A stretch of DNA of 64,000 bases from Squalus acanthias (taxonomy: Eukaryota). Within the stretch, counting starts at the first letter, position 1; the number at the start of each line of letters is the position of its first letter. The notes beneath the pieces are model-generated. The model was not told where the DNA came from, searched no databases, and worked only from the letters and a program-made list of their open reading frames with translations. The DNA is taken from positions 77,130,001 to 77,194,000 of the forward strand of contig CM059432.1 in assembly GCA_030390025.1 (NCBI GenBank), given 5' to 3'. Shown here piece by piece: positions 63,125 through 64,000 of this stretch. The position numbers were made by a program, and so were the translations under genes.

Positions 63125-63690
63125 TATTTTCTGTATCAGGTAATTTAGCAGCATGGATAGCAAATTGGTTGATGGATGAAAACAAGAGAGTTAGTGTACA
63201 TGGGTGTTACTCAGGTTGGAGATGGGTTGGAGGTACCCCAAGGGTCAGTGCTGGGTCCACCTTTGTTCTCAGTATATATAGCTGATTTGGCCTTGGTTAT
63301 AGGAAGCATAGGTGATTTGTATTTGGTTATAGGAAACACAATCTTGAAATATGAAGAAGAAGAAGAAGAAGAAGAAAGTGAAATGGGGCGGGTTGGAAAA
63401 CAGACGGCTGATCCAATCCCGTCAGTTTCCTGCTGGGCATGTTCGGTTAAAATGACCCTGAAGGGTTGTTGGAGCATTGAATTTGGAGCTTTGCCACAGG
63501 GAGCAGCTGAGGCAGAAATCTTTACATCTTTTAAGGGAAAGTTGAATAAATACTTAAAGCAGATGAAAATAGAGGGCTATGGGAAGAGTGAAGGGCAGTG
63601 GGATCAGTTTTAGATTGTTCTAGCAAAGAGCCAACACTGAAACAATGGGCCGAACGGTCTCCTGTGCTGTAAACTTCTATGGCTCTGTTA
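63125..63690 (+). mobile_element. Old rearranged CR1 fragment with (GAA)n tract
   Basis: [12 protein letters not shown] and FKGKLNKYL, CR1 3'UTR at ~63645-63685. Confidence 0.75.
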
Positions 63691-64000
63691 ATAGCTGTAT
63701 GGTAGTGGTCCTTTTCACATGACTTTAATGCAGATTGCTGTAACATTGCTAAAAGCATTAAGGGATTGAATTTCCACAGGAGTTCTCCCAAACATCCTCC
63801 ATAACTTTAGCAGAAGATCCCCGGAAACCCTGGTAGATCCATTGGACCCCCTGTGACCCACCTCATTGTCTTAGCTGTACTCTGATGTGTCTTTGATGTA
63901 ATGCCTCCCTAACAGATTGTATCTCTGCAGACACATTGTTCTCTGTGTATATATACGGTTCTGATGTGGAGATGCCGGCGTTGGACTGGGGTGGACAAAA

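Noticed and set aside
63962..64000. Start of another probable Penelope-related shark repeat (TGATGTGGAGATGCCGGCGTTGGACTGG)
   Set aside because: Only ~40 bp before the window edge and recognised from memory alone.

Overview
Vertebrate nuclear DNA, almost certainly a cartilaginous fish (shark-like). The basis is an HE1-type V-SINE, SacSINE1-like Deu-SINEs and abundant CR1 LINEs, all recognised from memory. I find no credible host protein-coding exon, so the window looks intergenic or deep intronic; roughly 60% is recognisable transposon sequence by eye. It contains: many CR1 copies (one nearly full ORF2 plus ORF1 esterase tail); L2, RTE and another CR1/L2-group LINE; a Neptune-type Penelope-like element with a 14-bp TSD, inverted termini and a hammerhead-ribozyme motif, plus two solo copies of the ribozyme-bearing end; a hAT MITE; and a multi-age set of PIF/Harbinger elements. 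The Harbinger set includes two-gene fossils with convergent DDE transposase and spliced Myb/SANT genes, and about ten MITEs. The most notable unexplained patterns are face-to-face splice donors in the Harbinger MITEs, fold-back hairpins and templated inversions at retroelement junctions, and three SINE-LINE tail-sharing pairs. All family names come from visual recognition; no searches were run, and boundaries of old copies are approximate.
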